Below, piece after piece: positions 8,520-17,500 of a stretch of DNA of 64,000 nt. Each line of letters opens with the position of its first letter. Position 1 is the first letter of the stretch. The stretch is from Kiritimatiellia bacterium (GTDB lineage: Bacteria > Verrucomicrobiota > Kiritimatiellia > UBA8416 > JABMPJ01): the NCBI GenBank assembly GCA_030745755.1, contig JASLOA010000034.1:10071-74070 (forward strand), given 5' to 3'. A program made the translations under genes and the position numbers. Below the pieces are notes generated by a model. That model did not search any database, was not told the DNA's origin, and saw only the letters and a list, made by a program, of their open reading frames with translations.

Positions 8520-10328
8520 CTACCTGGGCTTCCGTGAATTCTTGCGTGTCTTGGCTTTGCCTGGCTTGCCCTTGCTTGGTTTACGCTTGCCGGGCTTGCC
8601 TGCCTTGGCTTTGACACGACGCTCAGTGCGTTTGGTGCGTTTGCTTTTCAGTTGGTCGTCGACCGGTTCGACGCGTACGTCGCGGCCGCCGACACGGGCC
8701 TTGCTCAGCATGTGCATGATCGGCTCGGCGTCCTCTGGCGCTATCTCGAAGAAGGAGTAGCGGCGCATGATGTCGACCTTCCGGATCGGCACCTTGCGGC
8801 CGCATTCCCGGTTGATCAGGTCGCCCAGCTTCTTGGGATTGATGCCATCGAGTCGGCCCAGGTTGATGAACATGCGGGCATCACGGGGTGATTGAGGTGG
8901 GGCTGGGCGCTCGGTCTGCACGCTGTGCTCGGTCTGCTCGGCCTGTTTCCGGGGTGTCGGCGTCTTTGGGGCCTTGGCGGGTTCAGCGGGTCGCTCGGTC
9001 TGTGTGCCGGGACCGCGATGGTGTTCGTCGCTGTAGTACTTGAGAAGGTTGCTGAACTCCAGCGCCATGAAACGTTTAACGATCTCTTCCTTGGGCATGC
9101 CTTCCAGGGTGGCATTGATCGCGGGCAGGTAGGGGTCGATCTGTCGATGGTCGATCTCCACGTTGCGCATGCGGTCAACCAGGCTGAAGAGCTGTGCTTC
9201 GCAGATCTGGTAGCCTGACGGCACGTTCCGGAAGTTGAATGTGGTGCCGATCATCTTCTGGATGCGCTTCACTTTCCCTCTCTCACGCATGTTGACGATG
9301 ACCACGGAGACACCGCTCTTGCCGGCGCGGCCTGTGCGCCCGCTGCGATGGGTATAGCTGTTCAGATCGTCGGGAAGATTGAAGTTGATCACGTGGGTGA
9401 GGTCATTGACATCCAGCCCGCGTGCGGCCACGTCGGTCGCCACCAGCATCTGGATGCTGCGCGTACGGAATTTCTGCATGACCCGGTCACGCTGGGCCTG
9501 CGAGAGATCGCCATGGATGGCATCGGCACTGTAGCCATCACGAATAAGCCAGTCGGCGATGCCTTGTGTATCCTGGCGCGTGCGGCAGAACACGATGGCG
9601 TACATGTCGGGGTAATAGTCGCAAATACGTTTCAGGGCCAGGTAGCGATCGCGTTGATGGACGACGTAGCACTCATGCGAGACGTTCTCGGCGCCTGCGT
9701 TGCGCTGTCCCACCGTAATCTCTTCGGGATGATCCATGTAGTTTTTGGCAATGGCCGCCACCTGGCGTGGCATTGTGGCCGAGAAAAGGAGTGTGTGAGC
9801 GCTATCGGGTACGCCGGCAAGGATCGCTTCCAGGTCCTCCTGGAATCCCATGTTGAGCATCTCATCGGCTTCATCGAGAATGACGCGTTCGATACCTGAG
9901 AGGTCGACGCGTTTGCGGCGCATAATGTCGAGCATCCGACCCGGCGTGCCGACAATCACGTGGACGCCGCGCTTCAGGGCTCTGAGCTGACCATCGATGG
10001 GGGTGCCCCCGTAGACCGCCAGGATGCTGATGCCCTTTGTGCAGCTCGCAAAGGCTTGCATATCGCGCGTGATCTGTACGCACAACTCCCGGGTCGGACA
10101 GAGGACGAGGGCCTGGGGTGATCGCTCATCACGCGTGAGCATCGTGAGGATAGGCAGGCCGAAGGCGGCTGTCTTGCCCGTGCCGGTCTGGGCCAGGGCC
10201 ACCACGTCGCCCTTGTTGTCGAGCAGTCGGGGAATCACCTGCGCCTGGACAGGGGTGGGGGACTCAAAGCCGAGGCGCGATATCCCCTCGAGCAGTTCGG
10301 GCGATAGGCCCAGTTCGTTGAATGTCAT
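8520..10328 (-). CDS. deaD: DEAD-box RNA helicase (DeaD/CsdA-like) with DbpA RNA-binding domain
   Basis: AQTGTGKT, PTREL, DEAD, SAT and HRSGRTGRAG; C-terminal RMFINLGRLDGI domain and basic tail. Confidence 0.92.
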   Translation of the reverse strand: MTFNELGLSPELLEGISRLGFESPTPVQAQVIPRLLDNKGDVVALAQTGTGKTAAFGLPILTMLTRDERSPQALVLCPTRELCVQITRDMQAFASCTKGISILAVYGGTPIDGQLRALKRGVHVIVGTPGRMLDIMRRKRVDLSGIERVILDEADEMLNMGFQEDLEAILAGVPDSAHTLLFSATMPRQVAAIAKNYMDHPEEITVGQRNAGAENVSHECYVVHQRDRYLALKRICDYYPDMYAIVFCRTRQDTQGIADWLIRDGYSADAIHGDLSQAQRDRVMQKFRTRSIQMLVATDVAARGLDVNDLTHVINFNLPDDLNSYTHRSGRTGRAGKSGVSVVIVNMRERGKVKRIQKMIGTTFNFRNVPSGYQICEAQLFSLVDRMRNVEIDHRQIDPYLPAINATLEGMPKEEIVKRFMALEFSNLLKYYSDEHHRGPGTQTERPAEPAKAPKTPTPRKQAEQTEHSVQTERPAPPQSPRDARMFINLGRLDGINPKKLGDLINRECGRKVPIRKVDIMRRYSFFEIAPEDAEPIMHMLSKARVGGRDVRVEPVDDQLKSKRTKRTERRVKAKAGKPGKRKPSKGKPGKAKTRKNSRKPR

Positions 10329-10411
10329 AGCCTGATCCTTTATGCCAATGCCTTAGCCCGCATATTTCGTGACGAAAAAGTGTGAAATATGCGGGCTGGG
10401 GTCAGGCAGAC

Positions 10412-10441
10412 AAAAGAAAGGCGCGCCGAAGCGCGCCTTTC
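10412..10441 (-). terminator. intrinsic terminator after the RRM gene
   Basis: Minus strand GAAAGGCGCGC-TTCG-GCGCGCCTTTC-TTTT. Confidence 0.8.
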
Positions 10442-10464
10442 CCAGTAGTCTTGTAACAGTGCTG

Positions 10465-10809
10465 TTACCAGCGATTGTCGCGGCGACCGCCGCCACCACC
10501 ACCGCCACCACCATAACCGCCACCGCCACCGCCGCCGCCGTAGCCACCACCGCCACCGCTGTTGCGGGGCTTGGGCTGCGACTCGTTAACGCGAAGGGCG
10601 CGACCATCACAGTCGTTTCCGTTCAGCGCGTTGATGGCTGCATCCGCCTCGGCCTTGTCCGGCATCTCAACGAAACCGAATCCCTTGGAGCGACCTGTCA
10701 TCCGGTCCATGATCACGCGTGACGATGTCACGGTGCCATGTGCGGAGAAGAGGTCCTGGAGTGTGTTATCATCTACCGAGTACGGCAGGTTTCCGACGTA
10801 GATATCCAT
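10465..10809 (-). CDS. RRM RNA-binding protein with Gly-rich tail
   Basis: RNP2 IYVGNL, RNP1 KGFGFVEM and a GGGY tail. Start reassigned to ATG 10809 after AAGGAG. Confidence 0.95.
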   Translation of the reverse strand: MDIYVGNLPYSVDDNTLQDLFSAHGTVTSSRVIMDRMTGRSKGFGFVEMPDKAEADAAINALNGNDCDGRALRVNESQPKPRNSGGGGGYGGGGGGGGYGGGGGGGGGRRDNRW

Positions 10810-11273
10810 TATGATATCTCCTTGCTTCTGTCTGTCATGCTTCTTCTGTTCCCCCGACCAAGCACGATGACACAATGCAAAGAATCGGCGTCGGTCTTCC
10901 TTGACCGAATTCGGATAGTGGCATGGACAGCCAAGGAATGCAACCACGATTCACAGTCTTTTTGCGGCTATACGTGAAGGGCATGAGCTGACCATCGATC
11001 CGTGCTTCAGGGCAGTGCGCGCGGATTCAGCGGCCGGGGCCTGCTCTGCGGCTGCCGAGAATTACTCCGTCGCTGAAGTAGCGTACACGACAGCGGATGG
11101 ACTGTCTCCACCCGTCCAGTCCCCACCCGTCCCTAAGTAACTCGCTGGACAGGGCCAGCCCTGCTGCTATGCTCACCCAGAGCGAGAAGCGTTTGCTCGT
11201 TATCACCGGTATGGCCGTGGATATGAAGATCTCAATAACAGGTTGGATGCAGAAATACTAAGGAGGAATAGAC

Positions 11274-11381
11274 ATGGGTGATACAGGGAAGAAAGACAAA
11301 GGCAAAAGGGAGCAACAGAAGAAGGCCAAGCTGAGCGCAAAGGAAAAGAGACAAGCGAAGAGAGAAAAGAAGAGAGGATAG
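11274..11381 (+). CDS. 35-aa Lys/Arg-rich small protein
   Basis: Not in the ORF track. TAAGGAGGA SD precedes the ATG; translation MGDTGKKDKGKREQQKKAKLSAKEKRQAKREKKRG*. Confidence 0.7.
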   Translation: MGDTGKKDKGKREQQKKAKLSAKEKRQAKREKKRG

Positions 11382-11451
11382 CTCCGGCTTTCTCTCTGGC
11401 TAGCCCCCGGCTCGCCTCTTGAAGCGCAGAGATGTGGTTCTTACGTAAGTG

Positions 11452-12855
11452 TTACGTAAGGAGTGCTTTCTTGTAGCGCCGGGAGATGGCTGAGTAGGCG
11501 AGGGTGCAGAGGATCAGGTTCAGGGCCCAGGTCCAATTCATCATGTTGCTGCTTCGCTCTGTTGAGTCATACAAAACGCCGAAGTATCCGAGGGGGCTGC
11601 ATATGGCAAAGTCGCTGCTGTCGAATACGCCCGCCAGGATGAGGGGGAGAATGGCGTAGAGCAGACCGATGAACGCGATCAGGATATGAATCTTCGGGCT
11701 GACGGGGCGGTAGACCTGTACGAGCTCGAAGAGCAGAACATAGAAGAGCGCGAAGAGAGTAAGCGTGATCAGCCATACAACGGCATGGGCCAGTGAGATG
11801 CCGCAGACCAATCCGCACGGGAGACCGGTCACGAGGGCGAGCGCCAGCAGGACGAACACGACCCGCAGGTTGGATTGCATCAGTGTGAAGCGCAGCAATC
11901 CAGGTCTCTGCGCCGGTTGGGCTGCCAACTCCTCGATGGTGCTGTTGAATGGGAGGAAGGAGCCCGCACCGGTCAGGATTGACAGGCCCAGCGAAAGCCC
12001 CCAGAACGTAATGCAGACTTCCTCCGCGTGGTTGTCCCTGAAATGGGGCGAGCACAGGCCGAGCAGGATCAAGAGCCCCCCCAGCATGAAGCCTGCCGCG
12101 CCGCGGGCGGTAAACATGGGCGCCTCTTCAACCCGAAACTGCCGGCAGATCCCCTTGAAAACCCACACGGACAGGTAAAGGGCGATGGCGCTGATCAGAA
12201 CCAGGCCCCGCGTCTCCCATGCCATGAAGGGAATGGTGAAATCCGCAAGGCCGTCCGTATCCATGAGACTGGCCACGATGCTGATGAAGGGGCCTATCAA
12301 CATGAAGCCAAGAAACACGACCACAATCGGTGACGTCGTGCGCTGGTTCTCGCTCACGCGCTGGGCCACCGACGCCAGGAGCGCGAGAAGATTCATTGCG
12401 ATGCTGATGCTGAGAATCAGGAAGATCAGTTCCACCAGAACGCCGACGGGTACCCGGGCAAACAAGGCGCTCACAACGATGAGGAAGAATGTGATCGCAC
12501 CCAGCAGGTAAGCCACAAGATTCTTGCCGATCACAATACCGACCGTCTTCTTCCATGGCGGTAGAGGGAGGAGCTTGAAGAAGTCGTAAGACTTGTCTCG
12601 CCGCTCATCCCGAATGGCGGAGGCCACGTTAATGGAGGTCCAGATCCACAGGACCAGGATCTGGAGCGTGGTGAACTGGGCGAACAGAGATTGGCACATG
12701 CCGTCGAGATCGACACCCGCTGATTCGCTGTAGGCTGCCAGTGTGATCAGGAGCATCAGGACGGCAATCGTGGCGTAGATGCCCACGTAGATGCCGAACT
12801 GGCGCGGGCGCATCAGGCTGTAACGGAATCGCTCGATGAGAGGGTTGTTAAACAT
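11452..12855 (-). CDS. multi-TM ABC-2 type permease-like membrane protein
   Basis: NNPLI.R start, AIRDERRDKSYDFFKLLPL motif and about 12 hydrophobic segments; coupled to the ATPase gene. Confidence 0.8.
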   Translation of the reverse strand: MFNNPLIERFRYSLMRPRQFGIYVGIYATIAVLMLLITLAAYSESAGVDLDGMCQSLFAQFTTLQILVLWIWTSINVASAIRDERRDKSYDFFKLLPLPPWKKTVGIVIGKNLVAYLLGAITFFLIVVSALFARVPVGVLVELIFLILSISIAMNLLALLASVAQRVSENQRTTSPIVVVFLGFMLIGPFISIVASLMDTDGLADFTIPFMAWETRGLVLISAIALYLSVWVFKGICRQFRVEEAPMFTARGAAGFMLGGLLILLGLCSPHFRDNHAEEVCITFWGLSLGLSILTGAGSFLPFNSTIEELAAQPAQRPGLLRFTLMQSNLRVVFVLLALALVTGLPCGLVCGISLAHAVVWLITLTLFALFYVLLFELVQVYRPVSPKIHILIAFIGLLYAILPLILAGVFDSSDFAICSPLGYFGVLYDSTERSSNMMNWTWALNLILCTLAYSAISRRYKKALLT

Positions 12856-13789
12856 TCTGGTCCTCCTGGCCTGAGATCTGCACAAAGACGTCTTCGAGGC
12901 TCATCTCCTCCGTGGCAAAGGTCACGACGTCGAGCCCGGCCTCCACGAGTTGTCGGTTCAGCATCGCCAGCGCATTCCGGTCTTCCGGCGCGGTCACGAT
13001 GAGATCGTTGCCGTCAGATGATGAGAGCGAGTACTGGTCTGACGATTCGATGATGTGCGCGGCTTTCCCGGCATCGGCCAGGACCGATATGCGTACCTTG
13101 CTTTCGCCGGCCGCGCGTCTCTGGACTTCATCCACATCGCCAAACACCTCCATCCTGCCCTTGTTCATGATGGCGATGTGCGAGCAGAACCCGGATAGCT
13201 CGGTCAGGATGTGGGACGAGATGAGGACGGTTCGACCTTCCTCACTCAGCTTCTTCAGAACCCGGCGCAGTCCGATGCGCGCTTCCGGGTCCAGGCCGGA
13301 GGCCGGTTCATCGAGCAGGAAGAGATCAGGCTCATGGACAATCAGGGACGCCACGCCGAGGCGTTGGACCATGCCGCGCGACAGGTGGCGAATCAGGCTG
13401 TCGGCCTTGTCGGTTAGGTTGACGTACTCCAGGGCTGTTCGGCTTCTGTCGTTAGCCGTGGTGACGTCGGTGCCGTAAGCGCGGGCAAAGAACACCAGGC
13501 ATTCTCGTAGTGTAAGGTCCTTGTAGAGATTGAAGAAATCAGGCAGGTACCCGATGCGCTTCCGGATATCCAGGTAGTCGCGCTGAACATCGCAGCCCAA
13601 TACCGCCGCACTGCCGGAGGTGGGGGAGAGCAGCGTGCCCAGCATGCGCAGGAGTGTGGTCTTGCCGGCGCCGTTCGGTCCAATCAGGCCGACGACCTGT
13701 CCGGCGTCAACATGGATGCTCACATCCCGGACGGCGACCAGTGTGCCATAGTCCTTGCGCAGGGATTGGGTCTGAATCACGGATGACAT
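12848..13789 (-). CDS. ABC-2 type transporter ATP-binding protein
   Basis: GPNGAGKTT, LSRGMVQR, LLDEPASGLDP and SSHIL. Start ATG 13789 after AAAGGA. Confidence 0.93.
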   Translation of the reverse strand: MSSVIQTQSLRKDYGTLVAVRDVSIHVDAGQVVGLIGPNGAGKTTLLRMLGTLLSPTSGSAAVLGCDVQRDYLDIRKRIGYLPDFFNLYKDLTLRECLVFFARAYGTDVTTANDRSRTALEYVNLTDKADSLIRHLSRGMVQRLGVASLIVHEPDLFLLDEPASGLDPEARIGLRRVLKKLSEEGRTVLISSHILTELSGFCSHIAIMNKGRMEVFGDVDEVQRRAAGESKVRISVLADAGKAAHIIESSDQYSLSSSDGNDLIVTAPEDRNALAMLNRQLVEAGLDVVTFATEEMSLEDVFVQISGQEDQNV

Positions 13790-13939
13790 CGTATTGTCCT
13801 TTCCGCCGTGCCGACACGGCCACGGCATCCATTCTGAAACTCTGCGCACTGTTGCGCGTTTGACGCGGCGGGTCAATCGCATTCCCGTTTTAGGCTTTTG
13901 TGCTGTTGCCCGTTGGGACGAGTTGGCTCAAGCAGCGTG

Positions 13940-14134
13940 GTGTCAACAACTCGGCGCAGCATCCTGCGGCGATCTCACGCCATCTGCCGGTTTTTCGGAA
14001 GGTTCGCGGGCAAGAGCCCTGCTCACCCACCGAGAAAACCACCATCTGGCGCAAGCTCACCACAGGATGCTGCTCTGATCCGAGTTGTTGCCACGTTTGC
14101 CACACCACGCCGCCCTTGCGGGCGGACGAGGTGT
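13940..14134 (-). repeat. long rod-like structured repeat, copy A
   Basis: About 155-nt hairpin plus a GCAA-capped hairpin (minus strand); homologous to 20927-21121 with compensatory changes. Confidence 0.8.
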
Positions 14135-14362
14135 CTGGTGTGGAATGGGGCAAGCCATTCATTGTGCACTCTGTCTGCACTGCTGTCATTTCGCAATCGA
14201 ACAACGCAAAGAACTCCATTTGAGTTGGAAGGGCCGTGTCAACGTCAGTATCCTGAAAAAGGGCGTTGACCTGAAGTAAGGTAATGCCCTACTCTGGGCA
14301 GAACCGGACAGGAGTGGACACGGGCGGACATATGGTTGTGTGTTGCGGCGTTGGAGGGGTAG

Positions 14363-15079
14363 ATGCCTGAAGAGAGTGCTGTTAATGGTGAGATGACCGA
14401 TGCGGTCATGACATTGCAGGAGGTTGCGGCCTATCTGAAGGTCTCCGAAAAGACCATTACGCGCATGGTGCAGGCGGGGGAACTGCCCGGACTGAAGGTG
14501 TCCAACCAGTGGCGCTTTATCCGTGCGGCAATCGATGACTGGCTGACCCGCCGCATGTACAACCAGGCCAGTGAGCAACTGGCTGAAGTCATCCAACCTC
14601 CCCACGAAGAGCTCTCGCTCCCTCTGCTGCTTACGCCGAACCGCATCATCCTGGATCTTCAGCCGGGGCCGCAGGAAGATGTCCTTGCTCGACTTGTTGC
14701 GCCGTTGATCAAAGAGGGCACGGTCACGGATCCGACCCGCTACATGGCGGCACTGATCGGACGCGAGAAGATCGTATCTACTGCGATCGGCGATGGTGTC
14801 GCGATCCCGCATGCGCGCGATCCGGAACATTCGGCTCTCGCAAAGAGCTGCATGGCGCTGGGCATCTGCCGCGATGGCATGCCGTTTGGAGCGATCGATA
14901 AGAAGCCGACGAAGCTATTCTTCCTGATCGGCGGCACGTCGACCGAGGATCATCTACGCCTGGTGGCGCGGACGATGTTGATGTTACGGAAGCCAGACTT
15001 CATTGATGCTCTGGTGGCAGCTCAAACCAGAGAGGTCGCGTGTGAGCTCGTGGCGACCGCAAGCGGGGTGGGGGCATGA
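14363..15079 (+). CDS. excisionase-type HTH + PTS EIIA(Ntr/Fru) domain protein
   Basis: MTLQEVAAYLKVSEKTI...GELPG..V..QWRF HTH; REKIVSTAIGDGVAIPHAR phospho-His motif. Confidence 0.9.
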   Translation: MPEESAVNGEMTDAVMTLQEVAAYLKVSEKTITRMVQAGELPGLKVSNQWRFIRAAIDDWLTRRMYNQASEQLAEVIQPPHEELSLPLLLTPNRIILDLQPGPQEDVLARLVAPLIKEGTVTDPTRYMAALIGREKIVSTAIGDGVAIPHARDPEHSALAKSCMALGICRDGMPFGAIDKKPTKLFFLIGGTSTEDHLRLVARTMLMLRKPDFIDALVAAQTREVACELVATASGVGA

Positions 15080-15143
15080 GTCAGAGGACGTTATGCGGTG
15101 CCAATCCGTTCGGCTGTGAGATGACAATGGCAGGTGGTGAGAG

Positions 15144-16403
15144 ATGAATGGGTTGCCCGTTATGCTTGTGCATTTCAAGGAGGTGCTTGGTGCCCACCCC
15201 ATGTTTGCGGCGGGCCTCCTGCTGATGTCGGGCTATTTCATAGGTAAACTGGCTGCCCGGGTCTGTCTGCCGGAGATTACCGGCTATATCGTGGCCGGTC
15301 TCCTCATGAGCGAGGGGGTCACCGGAGTGTTCTCCGCTGAGATGGGCGAGTCGTTCCGGATCGTAACCGAGGTGGCGCTCGGCCTGATTGCACTGACGAT
15401 CGGGGCCGAGTTCTCGGGTTCCAAGCTGAGGCGGATAGAGGCCAAATCCGTGGTGATTGCCGCTGCGCAGATCGTGGCAACGTTTGGTGCAGTGGCGGGT
15501 GCTCTTCTGCTGATGAAGATGAGTCTGCCTTTTGCACTGTTGTTGGGCGCCATTGCGACGGCCACTGCACCTGCGGCAACGGTAGCGGTCGTGCAGTCCC
15601 TGCGCGCGCGCGGACCGTTCATTGATTATCTCTACGGGATCGTTGCACTCGACGATGCGGGCTGTGTCATTCTCTTCGGAGTGGTCTTCGCCTTTGCCTC
15701 GCAGATGCTTCAGGTCGGTGCGGAAACGGTCCATGCCGGTAGTCAAGTCGTTCATGCGTTTGCCGAGGTGGGGCTTTCGATTCTGATTGGGCTGGTGAGC
15801 GGATACCTGGTGCACAAGGTTACGAAGAATAAGGAAGGCAGCAATGAGATCACGATTCTGTCGGTAAGTATCATTTTTCTGACGACGGCGTTTGCCATCC
15901 AGTTGCACCTTTCGCCGCTGTTGACCAATATGGCGGCGGGCAGTGCGCTGGTAAACCTCTCGGCGCGAAACCATCGCATCTTTCGGATTCTCGAGCCGCT
16001 GACGCCTCCGGTCTATGCGCTCTTCTTCATCATTGCGGGCACCGAACTCGATCTGGGAGTCTTTGCCAATCCGCGGGTGCTGAGCCTGGGCCTGGTGTAT
16101 ATCCTCTTTCGCTCCATCGGGAAATATGGTGGCGTCTGGGTCGGTTGTGCAGCGACCAGGCTTCCGCTTCCGATTCGGGATAACCTTGGATGGTGCATGC
16201 TCCCGCAGGCAGGTGTTGCCATAGGGCTTGTCTTGCTGGTTCAGACCTCTCCGCTTGCCGCAAGCTTGCCGCCAGAAGTCGCCCGAACCATGGGCGATAT
16301 GGTCAATATTGTGCTGCTCTCTGTATTCGTTAACGAGCTGATTGGACCACCCCTTTCGAAATACGCGATCATCCGCGGCAATGGTATGGAGGACGTGCGA
16401 TGA
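15144..16403 (+). CDS. cation:proton antiporter (CPA/Na_H_Exchanger family)
   Basis: LPEITGYI, ATAPAAT, VALDDA, FF..AG and PQAGVAIGL motifs; about 12 TMs. Confidence 0.9.
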   Translation: MNGLPVMLVHFKEVLGAHPMFAAGLLLMSGYFIGKLAARVCLPEITGYIVAGLLMSEGVTGVFSAEMGESFRIVTEVALGLIALTIGAEFSGSKLRRIEAKSVVIAAAQIVATFGAVAGALLLMKMSLPFALLLGAIATATAPAATVAVVQSLRARGPFIDYLYGIVALDDAGCVILFGVVFAFASQMLQVGAETVHAGSQVVHAFAEVGLSILIGLVSGYLVHKVTKNKEGSNEITILSVSIIFLTTAFAIQLHLSPLLTNMAAGSALVNLSARNHRIFRILEPLTPPVYALFFIIAGTELDLGVFANPRVLSLGLVYILFRSIGKYGGVWVGCAATRLPLPIRDNLGWCMLPQAGVAIGLVLLVQTSPLAASLPPEVARTMGDMVNIVLLSVFVNELIGPPLSKYAIIRGNGMEDVR

Positions 16404-17218
16404 ACTTCTATGACATTCTAAGTGAACAGAGCTGTATGCCGCATGTGCATGGCAACACGCGTGACGAGGTGCTGCGCTCCCTCGCGCGACACGCCGCCGC
16501 TCTGCCGCAAATGGAGGCGGTCAGCGAAGAAGATATCTACGAAAAGCTGCTGGCGCGTGAAGAGGAGGGCAGTACGGGGTTTGGGCACGGCATGGCCATT
16601 CCGCATGCCCGTTATGCTGCTGCGGATGGATTTGTGTTGCTGATTGCCACCTCACGCAAAGGCGTCGATTTCAGAGCGATCGATAAGAAGAAGGTGAAGG
16701 TCTTCTTCGTGTTGCTTGGGCCCGAGGATGCCCCGCGCGATCACCTGAAAGTACTGGCCGGGATATCGAGTATCGTGTCGCGCTCGAACGTGTGCAGGCA
16801 GCTCGAAGTGTCAGTGACCCCCTCCGCGATGTATGAAGCCTTTATGAGCAAAACCGACGAGAAGCCAGAGGCGGCCCGCGAGGCGATGAAGCTACTGAAC
16901 GTCGTGCTCTACGAGGACAGGTTCTTCTACGATATTATCGAACTCTTCATTGAGGAAGGGATCGATGGCGCGACAATACTCGAGTCCTCGGGCATGGGGC
17001 AGTACATATCCAATATTCCGCTTTTCGCCAGTTTCATGGGCTTCATGAACGAGGATAAGAACCGCAGCCGGACGATTATGGCCACCGTTCCAGAGAGCCG
17101 GGTTGAGAGGCTTATTCGGGGCATCGAAGGCATCACGGGCGACCTCGACAAGAAGCAGGGCGCGATGGTGATGGTGCTCGACGTTGCCTTTACCAAGGGA
17201 AGTATGAAGATGATGTAG
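16400..17218 (+). CDS. PTS EIIA domain fused to a P-II-like C-terminal domain
   Basis: REEEGSTGFGHGMAIPHAR; C-terminal MKLLNVVL...GIDGATILESSGMG...GDLDKKQGAMVMVLDV resembles the P-II fold. Confidence 0.82.
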   Translation: MNFYDILSEQSCMPHVHGNTRDEVLRSLARHAAALPQMEAVSEEDIYEKLLAREEEGSTGFGHGMAIPHARYAAADGFVLLIATSRKGVDFRAIDKKKVKVFFVLLGPEDAPRDHLKVLAGISSIVSRSNVCRQLEVSVTPSAMYEAFMSKTDEKPEAAREAMKLLNVVLYEDRFFYDIIELFIEEGIDGATILESSGMGQYISNIPLFASFMGFMNEDKNRSRTIMATVPESRVERLIRGIEGITGDLDKKQGAMVMVLDVAFTKGSMKMM

Positions 17219-17500
17219 GGGCGCTCCGAGGAGGGGGAGCCTTCCTTGGCTGGACGCGTCCTGCGGACGCGAAAGGCCTGCGGAAGGCTCCCCCTCCTCT
17301 CCGCTTGGGTTAGTGATGCAGGGGCGCTCTCCGGGCTGGAGCACTGCCTCGCTTCGCTCGGCCTGCTAGGCCTCGGAGAGCACCCCTGCTCCTTCGCTTG
17401 GGGTAGGATGAGACCCGGGGCGAGATGTCTTCTGTCTCGACTGCCTGGCCTCGGAGCGTACCCCTGTTCCTTCGCTTGGGGTATGAGGATCGGGGGCGCT
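17219..17500. repeat. palindromic/direct repeat cluster between convergent genes
   Basis: GAGGAGGGGGAGCCTTCC...GGAAGGCTCCCCCTCCTC inverted pair; two copies of GGCCTCGGAG...ACCCCTGYTCCTTCGCTTGGGGTA. Confidence 0.65.

Noticed and set aside
10484..10560. (CCG/CCA)n low-complexity repeat
   Set aside because: It encodes the Gly-rich tail of the RRM protein and is not a separate element.
13794..14279. Several overlapping 60-120 aa ORFs, similar to ORFs at 20801-21234
   Set aside because: The similarity comes from the non-coding palindromic repeat; changes conserve base pairing rather than a reading frame.
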